From NCBI RefSeq assembly GCF_964355755.1, contig NC_092679.1, positions 8,772,201 to 8,836,200 of the forward strand: a stretch of DNA of 64,000 nucleotides, in the 5' to 3' direction. Shown piece after piece: positions 41,301-54,100 of the stretch (position 1 is its first letter; the number at the start of each line of letters is the position of its first letter). Made by a program: the position numbers and the translations under genes. The DNA comes from Antedon mediterranea (Eukaryota; Animalia; Echinodermata). Below the pieces are notes generated by a model. The model did no database searches. It had not been told where the DNA came from and was given only the letters and a program-made list of their open reading frames with translations.

Positions 41301-44300
41301 TTTCAAGCACTTTGATGTTTTTGTGTAACCAAGTTTTTCGAAAATCACAAAATTGTCTAAAACGTCTCCAAATGCGATTTGAAGCTATTCTGTACACTTT
41401 GATGTTTTTATGTTAACAAGTTTTTCGAAAATCACAAAATGGTCTAAAACGTCTCCAAATGCGATTTTAAGCTATTCTAAGCACTTTGGTGTTTTTATGT
41501 TAAAGTGTTTTTTTGAAAATCACAAAATGGTCTAAAACGTCTCTAAATGCGATTTGAAGCTTTTCTGTACACTTTGATGTTTTTATGTTAACAACTTTTT
41601 TCGAAAATCACAAAATGGTCTAAAATGTCTCCAAATGCGATTTGAAGCTATTCTAAGCACTTTGGTGTTTTTATGGAAACAATTTTTTTCGAAAATCACA
41701 AAATGGTCTAAAACGTCTCCAATAGCGATTTGAAGCTTTTCTGTACACTTTGGTGTTTTTATGTTAACAAGTTTTTTCGAAAATCACAAAATGGTCTAAA
41801 ACGTCTACAAATGCGATTTGAAGCTATTCTGTACACTTTGATGTTTTTATGTTAACAAGTTTTTTCGAAAATCACAAAATGGTCTAAAACGTTTCCAAAT
41901 GCGATTTGAAGCTATTCTGTACACTTTGATGTTTTGTGTGAAAATTTTCTGTCGAAATGCTCAAAATGGTCAAAAACGTTTTTAAATACGATATTAAGCT
42001 ACTTTGTGCTCTTTGATGTTTTTGTGTGAAATGTTTTATCGAAATGCTCAAAATGGTCTAAAACGGTTTCTAATGTGATTTCAAGCACTTTGATGATTTT
42101 GTATAACCAAGTTTTTCGAAAATCACAAAATTGTCTAAAACGTCTCCAAATGCAATTTGAAGCTATTCTGTACACTTTGATGTTTTTATGTTAACAAGTT
42201 TTTCGAAAATCACAAAATGGTCTAAAACGTCTCCAAATGCGATTTTAAGCTATTCTAAGCACTTTGGTGTTTTTATGTTAACAAGTTTTTCGAAAATCAC
42301 AAAATTGTCTAAAACGTCTCCAAATGCGATTTGAAGCTATTCTGTACACTTTGATGTTTTTATGTTAACAAGTATTTTAGAAAATCACAAAATGGTCTAT
42401 AATGTCTCTAAATGCGATTTGAAGCTATTCTAAGCACTTTGGTGTTTTTATGTTAACAAGTTTTTTTCGAAAATCACAAAATGGTCTAAAACGTCTCCAA
42501 ATGCGATTTGAAGCTATTTTAAGCACTTTGGTGTTTTTGTGTTAACAAGTTTTTCGAAATGCTCAAAATGGTCTAAAACGTCTCCAAATGCGATTTGAAG
42601 CTATTCTAAGCACTTTGGTGTTTTTATGTTAACAAGTTTTTTCGAAAATCACAAAATGGTCTAAAACGTCTCCAAATGCGGTTTTAAGCTATTCTGTACA
42701 CTTTGGTGTTTTTATGTTAACAAGTTTTTTTCGAAAATCACAAAATGGTCTAAAACGTCTCCAAATGCGATTTGAAGCTATTCTGTACACTTTGATGTTT
42801 TTATGTTAACAAGTTTTTTCGAAAATCACAAAATGGTCTAAAACGTCTACAAATGCGATTTGAAGCTATTCTAAGCACTTTTGTGTTTTTATGTTAACAA
42901 GTTTTTTCGAAAATCACAAAATGGTCTAAAACGTCTGCAAATGCGATTTGAAGCTATTCTTAGCACATTGGTGTTTTTATTTAAACAAATTTTTTCGAAA
43001 CTCACAAAATGGTCTAAAACGTCTCCAGATGCGATTTGAAGCTATTTTAAGCACTTTGGTGTTTTTGTGTTAACAAGTTTTTCTAAATGCTCAAAATGGT
43101 CTAAAACGTTTTTAAACACGATATTAAGCTATTTTGTGCTCTTTGATGTTTTTTTGTGAAAAGTTTTAGCGAAATGCTCAAAATGGTCTAAAACGATTTC
43201 TAATGTGATTTTAAGCACTTTGATGTTTTTATGTTAACTAGTTTTTTCGAAAATCAAAAATGGTCTAAAACGTCTCCAAATGTGATTTGAAGCTATTCTA
43301 AGCACTTTGGTGTTTTTATGTTAACAGTTTTTTCAAAAATCACAAAATGGTCTAAAACGTTTCCAAATGCGATTTGAAGCTATTCTGTACACTTTGATGT
43401 TTTTATGGTAACAAGTTTTTTAGAAAATCACAAAATGGTCTAAAACATCTCCAAATGCGATTTAAAGCTATTTTAAGCACTTTTGTGTTTTTGTGTAACC
43501 AAGTTTTTTCGAAAATCACAAAAGGGTCTAAAATGTCTCTAAATGCGATTTGAAGCTACTCTAAGCACTTTGGTGTTTTTATGTTAACAAGTTTTTTCGA
43601 AAATCAATAAATGGTCTAAAATTTCTCCAAATGCGATTTGAAGCTATTCTGTACACTTTACTGTTTTGTGTGAAAAATGTTTGTCGAAATCCTCAAAATG
43701 GTCAAAAACGTTTTTAAATACGATATTAAGCTATTTTGTGCTCTTTGATGTTTTTGTGTGAAAAGTTTTATCGAAATACTCAAAATGGTCTAAAACGGTT
43801 TCTAATGTGATTTTAAGCACTTTGATGTTTTTGTGTAACCAAGTTTTTTCGAAAATCACAAAATGGTCTAAAATGTCTCCAAATGCGATTTGAAGCTATT
43901 CTAAGCACTTTGGTGTTTTTATGGAAACAATTTTTTTCGAAAATCACAAAATGGTCTAAAACGTCTCCAATAGCAATTTGAAGCTTTTCTGTACACTTTG
44001 GTGTTTTTATGTTAACAAGTTTTTTCGAAAATCACAAAATGGTCTAAAACGTCTCCCAATGCGATTTGAAGCTATTCTGTACACTTTGATGTTTTTATGT
44101 TAACAAGTTTTTTATAAAATCACAAAATGGTCTAAAACGTCTCCAAATGCGATTTGAAGCTATTCTGTACACTTTGATGTTTTTATGTTAACAAGTTTTT
44201 TCGAAAATCACAAAATGGTCTAAAACGTCTCCAAATGCGATTTGAAGCTATTTTAAGCACTTTGGTGTTTTTGTGTTCACAAGTTTTTCGAAATGCTCAA

Positions 44301-47300
44301 AATGGTCTAAAACGTCTCCAAATGCGATTTGAAGCTATTCTAAGCACTTTGGTGTTTTTATGTTAACAAGTTTTTTCGAAAATCACAAAATGGTATAAAA
44401 CGTCTCCAAATGCGATTTGAAGCTATTCTGTACACTTTGATGTTTTGTGTGAAAATTTTCTGTCGAAATGCTCAAAATGGTCAAAAACGTTTTTAAATAC
44501 GATATTAAGCTACTTTGTGCTCTTTGATGTTTTTGTGTGAAATGTTTTATCGAAATGCTCAAAATGGTCTAAAACGGTTTCTAATGTGATTTCAAGCACT
44601 TTGATGTTTTTGTATAACCAAGTTTTTCGAAAATCACAAAATTGTCTAAAACGTCTCCAAATGCAATTTGAAGCTATTCTGTACACTTTGATGTTTTTAT
44701 GTTAACAAGTTTTTCGAAAATCACAAAATGGTCTAAAACGTCTCCAAATGCGATTTTAAGCTATTCTAAGCACTTTGGTGTTTTTATGTTAACAAGTTTT
44801 TCGAAAATCACAAAATTGTCTAAAACGTCTCCAAATGCGATTTGAAGCTATTCTGTACACTTTGATGTTTTTATGTTAACAACTTTTTTCGAAAATCACA
44901 AAATGGTCTAAAATGTCTCCAAAATGCGATTTGAAGTTATTCTAAGCACTTTGGTGTTTTTATGGAAACAATTTTTTTCGAAAATCACAAAATGGTCTAA
45001 AACGTCTCCAATAGCGATTTGAAGCTTTTCTGTACACTTTGGTGTTTTTATGTTAACAAGTTTTTTCGAAAATCACAAAATGGTCTAAAACGTCTACAAA
45101 TGCGATTTGAAGCTATTCTAAGCACTTTTGTGTTTTTATGTTAACAAGTTTTTTCGAAAATCACAAAATGGTCTAAAACGTCTGCAAATGCGATTTGAAG
45201 CTATTCTTAGCACATTGGTGTTTTTATTTAAACAAATTTTTTCGAAACTCACAAAATGGTCTAAAACGTCTCCAAATGCGATTGCAAGCTATTTTAAGCA
45301 CTTTGGTATTTTTGTGTTAACAAGTTTTTCGAAATGCTCAAAATGGTCTAAAACGTTTTTAAACACGATATTAAGCTATTTTGTGCTCTTTGATTTTTTT
45401 TGTGAAAAGTTTTAGCGAAATGCTCAAAATGGTCTAAAACGATTTCTAATGTGATTTTAAGGACTTTGATGTTTTTATGTTAACTAGTTTTTTCGAAAAT
45501 CACAAAATGGTCTAAAACGTCTCCAAATGCGATTTGAAGCTATTCTAAGCACTTTGGTGTTTTTATGTTAACAAGTTTTTTGGAAAATCACAAAATGGTA
45601 TAAAACGTCTCCAAATGCGATTTGAAGCTATTCTAAGCACTTTGGTGTTTTTATGTTAACAAGTTTTTTCGAAAATCACAAAATGGTCTAAAACGTCTCC
45701 AAATGCGATTTGAAGATATTTTAAGCACTTTGGTGTTTTTGTGTTAACAAGTTTTTCGAAATGCTCAAAATGGTCTAAAACGTCTCCAAATGCGATTTGA
45801 AGCTATTCTAAGCACTTTGGTGTTTTTATGTTAACAAGTTTTTTCAAAAATCACAAAATGGTCTAAAACGTTTCCAAATGCGATTTGAAGCTATTCTGTA
45901 CACTTTGATGTTTTGTGTGAAAATTTTCTGTCGAAATGCTCAAAATGGTCAAAAACGTTTTTAAATACGATATTAAGCTACTTTGTGCTCTTTGATGTTT
46001 TTGTGTGAAATGTTTTATCGAAATGCTCAAAATGGTCTAAAACGGTTTCTAATGTGATTTCAAGCACTTTGATGTTTTTGTGTAACCAAGTTTTTCGAAA
46101 ATCACAAAATTTTCTAAAACGTCTCCAAATGCGATTTGAAGCTATTCTGTACACTTTGATGTTTTTATGTTAACAAGTTTTTCGAAAATCACAAAATGGT
46201 CTAAAACGTCTCCAAATGCGATTTTAAGCTATTCTAAGCACTTTGGTGTTTTTATGGTAACAAGTTTTTTTGAAAATCACAAAATGGTCTAAAACGTCTC
46301 TAAATGCGATTTGAAGCTTTTCTGTACACTTTGATGTTTTTATGTTAACAAGTTTTTTCGAAAATCACAAAATGGTCTAAAATGTCTCCAAATGCGATTT
46401 GAAGCTATTCTAAGCACTTTGGTGTTTTTATGGAAACAATTTTTTTCGAAAATCACAAAATGGTCTAAAACGTCTCCAAATGTGATTTGAAGCTATTCTG
46501 TACACTTTGATGTTTTTATGTTAACAAGTTTTTTCGAAAATCACAAAATGGTCTAAAACGTCTACAAATGCGATTTGAAGCTAATCTGTACACTTTGATG
46601 TTTTTATGTTAACAAGTTTTTTAGAAAATCACAAAATGGTCTAAAACGTCTCCAAATGCGATTTGAAGCTATTCTGTACACTTTGATGTTTTGTGTGAAA
46701 ATTTTCTGTCGAAATGCTCAAAATGGTCAAAAACGTTTTTAAATACGATATTAAGCTACTTTGTGCTCTTTGATGTTTTTGTGTGAAATGTTTTATCGAA
46801 ATGCTCAAAATGGTCTAAAATGGTTTCTAATGTGATTTCAAGCACTTTGATGTTTTTGTATAACCAAGTTTTTCGAAAATCACAAAATTGTCTAAAACGT
46901 CTCCAAATGCGATTTGAAGCTATTCTGTACACTTTGATGTTTTTATGTTAACAAGTTTTTTCGAAAATCACAAAATGGTCTAAAACGTCTCCAAATGCGA
47001 TTTTAAGCTATTCTAAGCACTTTGGTGTTTTTATGTTAACAAGTTTTTCGAAAATCACAAAATGGTCTAAAACGTCTCCAAATGCGATTTGAAGCTATTC
47101 TGTACACTTTGATGTTTTTATGTTAACAAGTTTTTTCGAAAATCAAAAATGGTCTAAAACGTCTACAAATGCGATTTGAAGCTATTCTAAGCACTTTTGT
47201 GTTTTTATGTTAACAAGTTTTTTCGAAAATCACAAAATGGTCTAAAACGTCTGCAAATGCGATTTGAAGCTATTCTTAGCACATTGGTGTTTTTATTTAA

Positions 47301-47531
47301 ACAAATTTTTTCGAAACTCACAAAATGGTCTAAAACGTCTCCAAATGCGATTTGAAGCTATTTTAAGCACTTTGGTGTTTTTGTGTTAACAAGTTTTTCG
47401 AAATGCTCAAAATGGTCTAAAACGTTTTTAAACACGATATTAAGCTATTTTGTGCTCTTTGATGTTTTTTTTGTGAAAAGTTTTAGCGAAATGCTCAAAA
47501 TGGTGTAAAACGATTTCTAATGTGATTTTAA
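35301..47531 (+). repeat. Satellite DNA array, segment 2
   Basis: Same monomer and orientation; resumes in register after the insertion (TTAAGCACTTTG at 35301). Confidence 0.99.
35752..40916 (+). repeat. Near-tandem duplication, period 2700 bp (~35752-38217 and ~38452-40916)
   Basis: Lines at 35761-37860 match lines at 38461-40560 almost base for base; a 1-bp shift follows; about 235 bp of non-matching monomers lie between the copies. Confidence 0.9.
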
Positions 47532-48157
47532 AGACCCCTTCCCTGCAATTTTGGACGTTTTTTGGAAAATAATACATATATATCACTTTAAAAACAATAA
47601 ACCATGTCATTCCTTGTCTTAAATGTACGTTTTATGGTAAATTATGATAAAAAGTGAGAAACAATGCACTACCTAAGTAGCTCGCGGCAATCGACCTCTC
47701 GTGGACGGTCTTAGGCCTAGCCTAGCTAGGCTTAGTTTTGTAGGCCTAGCTGGTAAACATCGATAACGTACGAACATCGTACGCTAGCTATATACCTAGC
47801 CTGACGTTGTATAGTTGCTGCATTAATTGTCTTTTTATTTTTGCCAGACTCCGTTGATACAAATTGGGGAAAACCCGGTAGTTTCGCTGAAAAGTTAGGA
47901 GTCTTCCATTTGTTTTGGCTTCACGATCGATCGAAAAGTGGGCGAATTACAGGTGAAAAACAAAAATATCAATCCGCGCGCAATGCATTTTGGGATTTAT
48001 AGCGGGCCGCTATAATTATTAGAATCGATTTATTTTTCACATTTTTAACCGTTTAAAGACGAAAAAAGTTATCGCAATATGACCATATAGTATTATTTTT
48101 ACATTAAATATAGTTTGTGATCCTAAATTAGATCTAAAAAACGTAGGGAATGGGGCT
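47532..48157. mobile_element. Same MITE, 626 bp; copy 2
   Basis: TTAA at 47528-47531 and 48158-48161; same termini and orientation as copy 1; about 5 private substitutions seen by eye. Confidence 0.9.
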
Positions 48158-51100
48158 TTAAGCACTTTGATGTTTTTATGTTAACTAGTTTTTTCGAAAA
48201 TCACAAAATGGTCTAAAACGTCTCCAAATGTAATTTGAAGCTATTCTAAGCACTTGGGTGTTTTTATGTTAACAGTTTTTTCGAAAATCACAAAATGGTC
48301 TAAAACGTTTCCAAATGCGATTTGAAGCTATTCTGTACACTTTGATGCTTTTATGGTAACAAGTTTTTTCAAAAATCACAAAATGGTCTAAAATGTCTCC
48401 AAATGCGATTTGAAGCTATTCTAAGCACTTTGGTGTTTTTATGGAAACAATTTTTTTCGAAAATCACAAAATGGTCTAAAACGTCTCCAATAGCAATTTG
48501 AAGCTTTTCTGTACACTTTGGTGTTTTTATGTTAACAAGTTTTTTCGAAAATCACAAAATGGTCTAAAACGTTTCCAAATGCGATTTGAAGCTATTCTGT
48601 ACACTTTGATGCTTTTATGGTAACAAGTTTTTTAGAAAATCACAAAATGGTCTAAAACATCTCCAAATGCGATTTAAAGCTATTTTAAGCACTTTTGTGT
48701 TTTTGTGTAACCAAGTTTTTTCGAAAATCACAAAAGGGTCAAAAATGTCTCTAAATGCGATTTGAAGCTACTCAAATAGCGATTTGAAGCTTTTCTGTAC
48801 ACTTTGGTGTTTTTATGTTAACAAGTTTTTTCGAAAATCACAAAATGGTCTAAAACGTCTCCAAATGCGTTTTGAAGCTATTTTAAGCACTTTGGTGTTT
48901 TTATCTTAACAAGTTTTTTCGAAAATCACAAAATGGTCTAAAACGTCTTCAAATGCGATTGAAGCTATTCTAAGCACTTTGGTGTTTTTATGTTAACAAG
49001 TTTTTTCAAAAATCACAAAACGGTCTAAAACGTCTCCAAATGCGATTTTAAGCTATTTTAAGCACTTTGGTGTTTTTGTGTTAACAAGTTTTTCGAATTG
49101 CTCAAAATGGTCTAAAACGTCTCCAAATGCGATTTGAAGCTATTCTTATGTTAACAAGTTTTTTCGAAAATCACAAAATGGTCTAAAACGTCTCCAAATG
49201 CGATTTGAAGCTTTTCTGTACACTTTGATGTTTTTATGTTAACAACTTTTTTCGAAAATCACAAAATGGTCTAAAATGTCTCCAAATGCGATTTAAAGCT
49301 ATTTTAAGCACTTTTGCGTTTTTGTGTAACCAAGTTTTTTCGAAAATCACAAAAGGGTCAAAAATGTCTCTAAATGCGATTTGAAGCTACTCTAAGCACT
49401 TTGGTGTTTTTATGTTAACAAGTTTTTTCGAAAATCACAAAATGGTCTAAAACGTCTCCAAATGCGATTTGAAGCTATTTTAAGCACTTAGGTGCTTTTG
49501 TGTAACCAAGTTTTTTCGAAAATCACAAAAAGGTCTAAAATGTCTCCAAATGTGATTTGAAGCTATTTTAAGCACTTTGGTGTTTTTGTGTTAACAAGTT
49601 TTTCGAAAATCACAAAATTGTCTAAAACGTCTCCAAATGCGATTTGAAGCTATTCTGTACACTTTGATGTTTTTATGTTAACAAGTATTTTAGAAAATCA
49701 CAAAATGGTCTATAATGTCTCTAAATGCGATTTGAAGCTATTCTAAGCACTTTGGTGTTTTTATGTTAACAAGTTTTTTTCGAAAATCACAAAATGGTCT
49801 AAAACGTCTCCAAATGCGATTTGAAGCTATTTTAAGCACTTTGGTGTTTTTGTGTTAACAAGTTTTTCGAAATGCTCAAAATGGTCTAAAACGTCTCCAA
49901 ATGCGATTTGAAGCTATTCTAAGCACTTTGGTGTTTTTATGTTAACAAGTTTTTTCGAAAATCACAAAATGGTCTAAAACGTCTCCAAATGCGGTTTTAA
50001 GCTATTCTGTACACTTTGGTGTTTTTATGTTAACAAGTTTTTTTCGAAAATCACAAAATGGTCTAAAACGTCTCCAAATGCGATTTGAAGCTATTCTGTA
50101 CACTTTGATGTTTTTATGTTAACAAGTTTTTTCGAAAATCACAAAATGGTCTAAAACGTCTACAAATGCGATTTGAAGCTATTCTAAGCACTTTTGTGTT
50201 TTTATGTTAACAAGTTTTTTCGAAAATCACAAAATGGTCTAAAACGTCTGCAAATGCGATTTGAAGCTATTCTTAGCACATTGGTGTTTTTATTTAAACA
50301 AATTTTTTCGAAACTCACAAAATGGTCTAAAACGTCTCCAAATGCGATTTGAAGCTATTTTAAGCACTTTGGTGTTTTTGTGTTAACAAGTTTTTCTAAA
50401 TGCTCAAAATGGTCTAAAACGTTTTTAAACACGATATTAAGCTATTTTGTGCTCTTTGATGTTTTTTTGTGAAAAGTTTTAGCGAAATGCTCAAAATGGT
50501 CTAAAACGATTTCTAATGTGATTTTAAGCACTTTGATGTTTTTATGTTAACTAGTTTTTTCGAAAATCAAAAATGGTCTAAAACGTCTCCAAATGTGATT
50601 TGAAGCTATTCTAAGCACTTTGGTGTTTTTATGTTAACAGTTTTTTCGAAAATCACAAAATGGTCTAAAACGTTTCCAAATGCGATTTGAAGCTATTCTG
50701 TACACTTTGATGTTTTTATGGTAACAAGTTTTTTAGAAAATCACAAAATGGTCTAAAACATCTCCAAATGCGATTTAAAGCTATTTTAAGCACTTTTGTG
50801 TTTTTGTGTAACCAAGTTTTTTCGAAAATCACAAAAGGGTCTAAAATGTCTCTAAATGCGATTTGAAGCTACTCTAAGCACTTTGGTGTTTTTATGTTAA
50901 CAAGTTTTCTCGAAAATCAATAAATGGTCTAAAATTTCTCCAAATGCGATTTGAAGCTATTCTGTACACTTTACTGTTTTGTGTGAAAAATGTTTGTCGA
51001 AATCCTCAAAATGGTCAAAAACGTTTTTAAATACGATATTAAGCTATTTTGTGCTCTTTGATGTTTTTGTGTGAAAAGTTTTATCGAAATACTCAAAATG

Positions 51101-54100
51101 GTCTAAAACGGTTTCTAATGTGATTTTAAGCACTTTGATGTTTTTGTGTAACCAAGTTTTTTCGAAAATCACAAAATGGTCTAAAATGTCTCCAAATGCG
51201 ATTTGAAGCTATTCTAAGCACTTTGGTGTTTTTATGGAAACAATTTTTTTCGAAAATCACAAAATGGTCTAAAACGTCTCCAATAGCAATTTGAAGCTTT
51301 TCTGTACACTTTGGTGTTTTTATGTTAACAAGTTTTTTCGAAAATCACAAAATGGTCTAAAACGTCTCCCAATGCGATTTGAAGCTATTCTGTACACTTT
51401 GATGTTTTTATGTTAACAAGTTTTTTATAAAATCACAAAATGGTCTAAAACGTCTCCAAATGCGATTTGAAGCTATTCTGTACACTTTGATGTTTTTATG
51501 TTAACAAGTTTTTTCGAAAATCACAAAATGGTCTAAAACGTCTCCAAATGCGATTTGAAGCTATTTTAAGCACTTTGGTGTTTTTGTGTTCACAAGTTTT
51601 TCGAAATGCTCAAAATGGTCTAAAACGTCTCCAAATGCGATTTGAAGCTATTCTAAGCACTTTGGTGTTTTTATGTTAACAAGTTTTTTCGAAAATCACA
51701 AAATGGTATAAAACGTCTCCAAATGCGATTTGAAGCTATTCTAAGCACTTTGGTGTTTTTATGTTAACAAGTTTTTTCGAAAATCACAAAATGGTCTAAA
51801 ACGTTTCCAAATGCGATTTGAAGCTATTCTGTACACTTTGATGTTTTGTGTGAAAATTTTCTTTCGAAATGCTCAAAATGGTCAAAAACGTTTTTAAATA
51901 CGATATTAAGCTACTTTGTGCTCTTTGATGTTTTTGTGTGAAATGTTTTATCGAAATGCTCAAAATGGTCTAAAACGGTTTCTAATGTGATTTCAAGCAC
52001 TTTGATGTTTTTGTGTAACCAAGTTTTTCGAAAATCACAAAATTGTCTAAAACGTCTCCAAATGCGATTTGAAGCTATTCTGTACACTTTGATGTTTTTA
52101 TGTTAACAAGTTTTTCGAAAATCACAAAATGGTCTAAAACGTCTCCAAATGCGATTTTAAGCTATTCTAAGCACTTTGGTGTTTTTATTTTAACAAGTTT
52201 TTTTGAAAATCACAAAATGGTCTAAAACGTCTCTAAATGCGATTTGAAGCTTTTCTGTACACTTTGATGTTTTTATGTTAACAACTTTTTTCGAAAATCA
52301 CAAAATGGTCTAAAATGTCTCCAAATGCGATTTGAAGCTATTCTAAGCACTTTGGTGTTTTTATGGAAACAATTTTTTTCGAAAATCACAAAATGGTCTA
52401 AAACGTCTCCAATAGCGATTTGAAGCTTTTCTGTACACTTTGGTGTTTTTATGTTAACAAGTTTTTTCGAAAATCACAAAATGGTCTAAAACGTCTCCAA
52501 ATGCGATTTGAAGCTATTCTGTACACTTTGATGTTTTTATGTTAACTAGTTTTTTCGAAAATCACAAAATGGTCTAAAACGTCTACAAATGCGATTTGAA
52601 GCTATTCTGTACACTTTGATGTTTTTATGTTAACAAGTTTTTTCGAAAATCACAAAATGGTCTAAAACGTTTCCAAATGCGATTTGAAGCTATTCTGTAC
52701 ACTTTGATGTTTTGTGTGAAAATTTACTTTCGAAATGCTCAAAATGGTCAAAAACGTTTTTAAATACGATATTAAGCTACTTTGTGCTCTTTGATGTTTT
52801 TGTGTGAAATGTTTTATCGAAATGCTCAAAATGGTCTAAAACGGTTTCTAATGTGATTTCAAGCACTTTGATGTTTTTGTATAACCAAGTTTTTCGAAAA
52901 TCACAAAATTGTCTAAAACGTCTCCAAATGCAATTTGAAGCTATTCTGTACACTTTGATGTTTTTATGTTAACAAGTTTTTCGAAAATCACAAAATGGTC
53001 TAAAACGTCTCCAAATGCGATTTTAAGCTATTCTAAGCACTTTGGTGTTTTTATGTTAACAAGTTTTTCGAAAATCACAAAATTGTCTAAAACGTCTCCA
53101 AATGCGATTTGAAGCTATTCTGTACACTTTGATGTTTTTATGTTAACAACTTTTTTCGAAAATCACAAAATGGTCTAAAATGTCTCCAAAATGCGATTTG
53201 AAGTTATTCTAAGCACTTTGGTGTTTTTATGGAAACAATTTTTTTCGAAAATCACAAAATGGTCTAAAACGTCTCCAATAGCGATTTGAAGCTTTTCTGT
53301 ACACTTTGGTGTTTTTATGTTAACAAGTTTTTTCGAAAATCACAAAATGGTCTAAAACGTCTACAAATGCGATTTGAAGCTATTCTAAGCACTTTTGTGT
53401 TTTTATGTTAACAAGTTTTTTCGAAAATCACAAAATGGTCTAAAACGTCTGCAAATGCGATTTGAAGCTATTCTTAGCACATTGGTGTTTTTATTTAAAC
53501 AAATTTTTTCGAAACTCACAAAATGGTCTAAAACGTCTCCAAATGCGATTGCAAGCTATTTTAAGCACTTTGGTATTTTTGTGTTAACAAGTTTTTCGAA
53601 ATGCTCAAAATGGTCTAAAACGTTTTTAAACACGATATTAAGCTATTTTGTGCTCTTTGATTTTTTTTGTGAAAAGTTTTAGCGAAATGCTCAAAATGGT
53701 CTAAAACGATTTCTAATGTGATTTTAAGGACTTTGATGTTTTTATGTTAACTAGTTTTTTCGAAAATCACAAAATGGTCTAAAACGTCTCCAAATGCGAT
53801 TTGAAGCTATTTTAAGCACTTAGGTGCTTTTGTGTAACCAAGTTTTTTCGAAAATCACAAAAAGGTCTAAAATGTCTCCAAATGTGATTTGAAGCTATTT
53901 TAAGCACTTTGGTGTTTTTGTGTTAACAAGTTTTTCGAAAATCACAAAATTGTCTAAAACGTCTCCAAATGCGATTTGAAGCTATTCTGTACACTTTGAT
54001 GTTTTTATGTTAACAAGTATTTTAGAAAATCACAAAATGGTCTATAATGTCTCTAAATGCGATTTGAAGCTATTCTAAGCACTTTGGTGTTTTTGTGTTA

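Noticed and set aside
34675-48157. MITE copies as LTRs or ends of a composite element carrying the intervening DNA
   Set aside because: Each copy has its own TIRs and TSD, and the intervening DNA is only satellite of unequal length.
8973-53682. All nine ORFs in the track (60-95 aa)
   Set aside because: Each is a translation of satellite monomers (repeating SKITKWSKTSPNAI or MRFEAILSTLV) opened by chance indels; the near-identical ones simply mark duplicated blocks.
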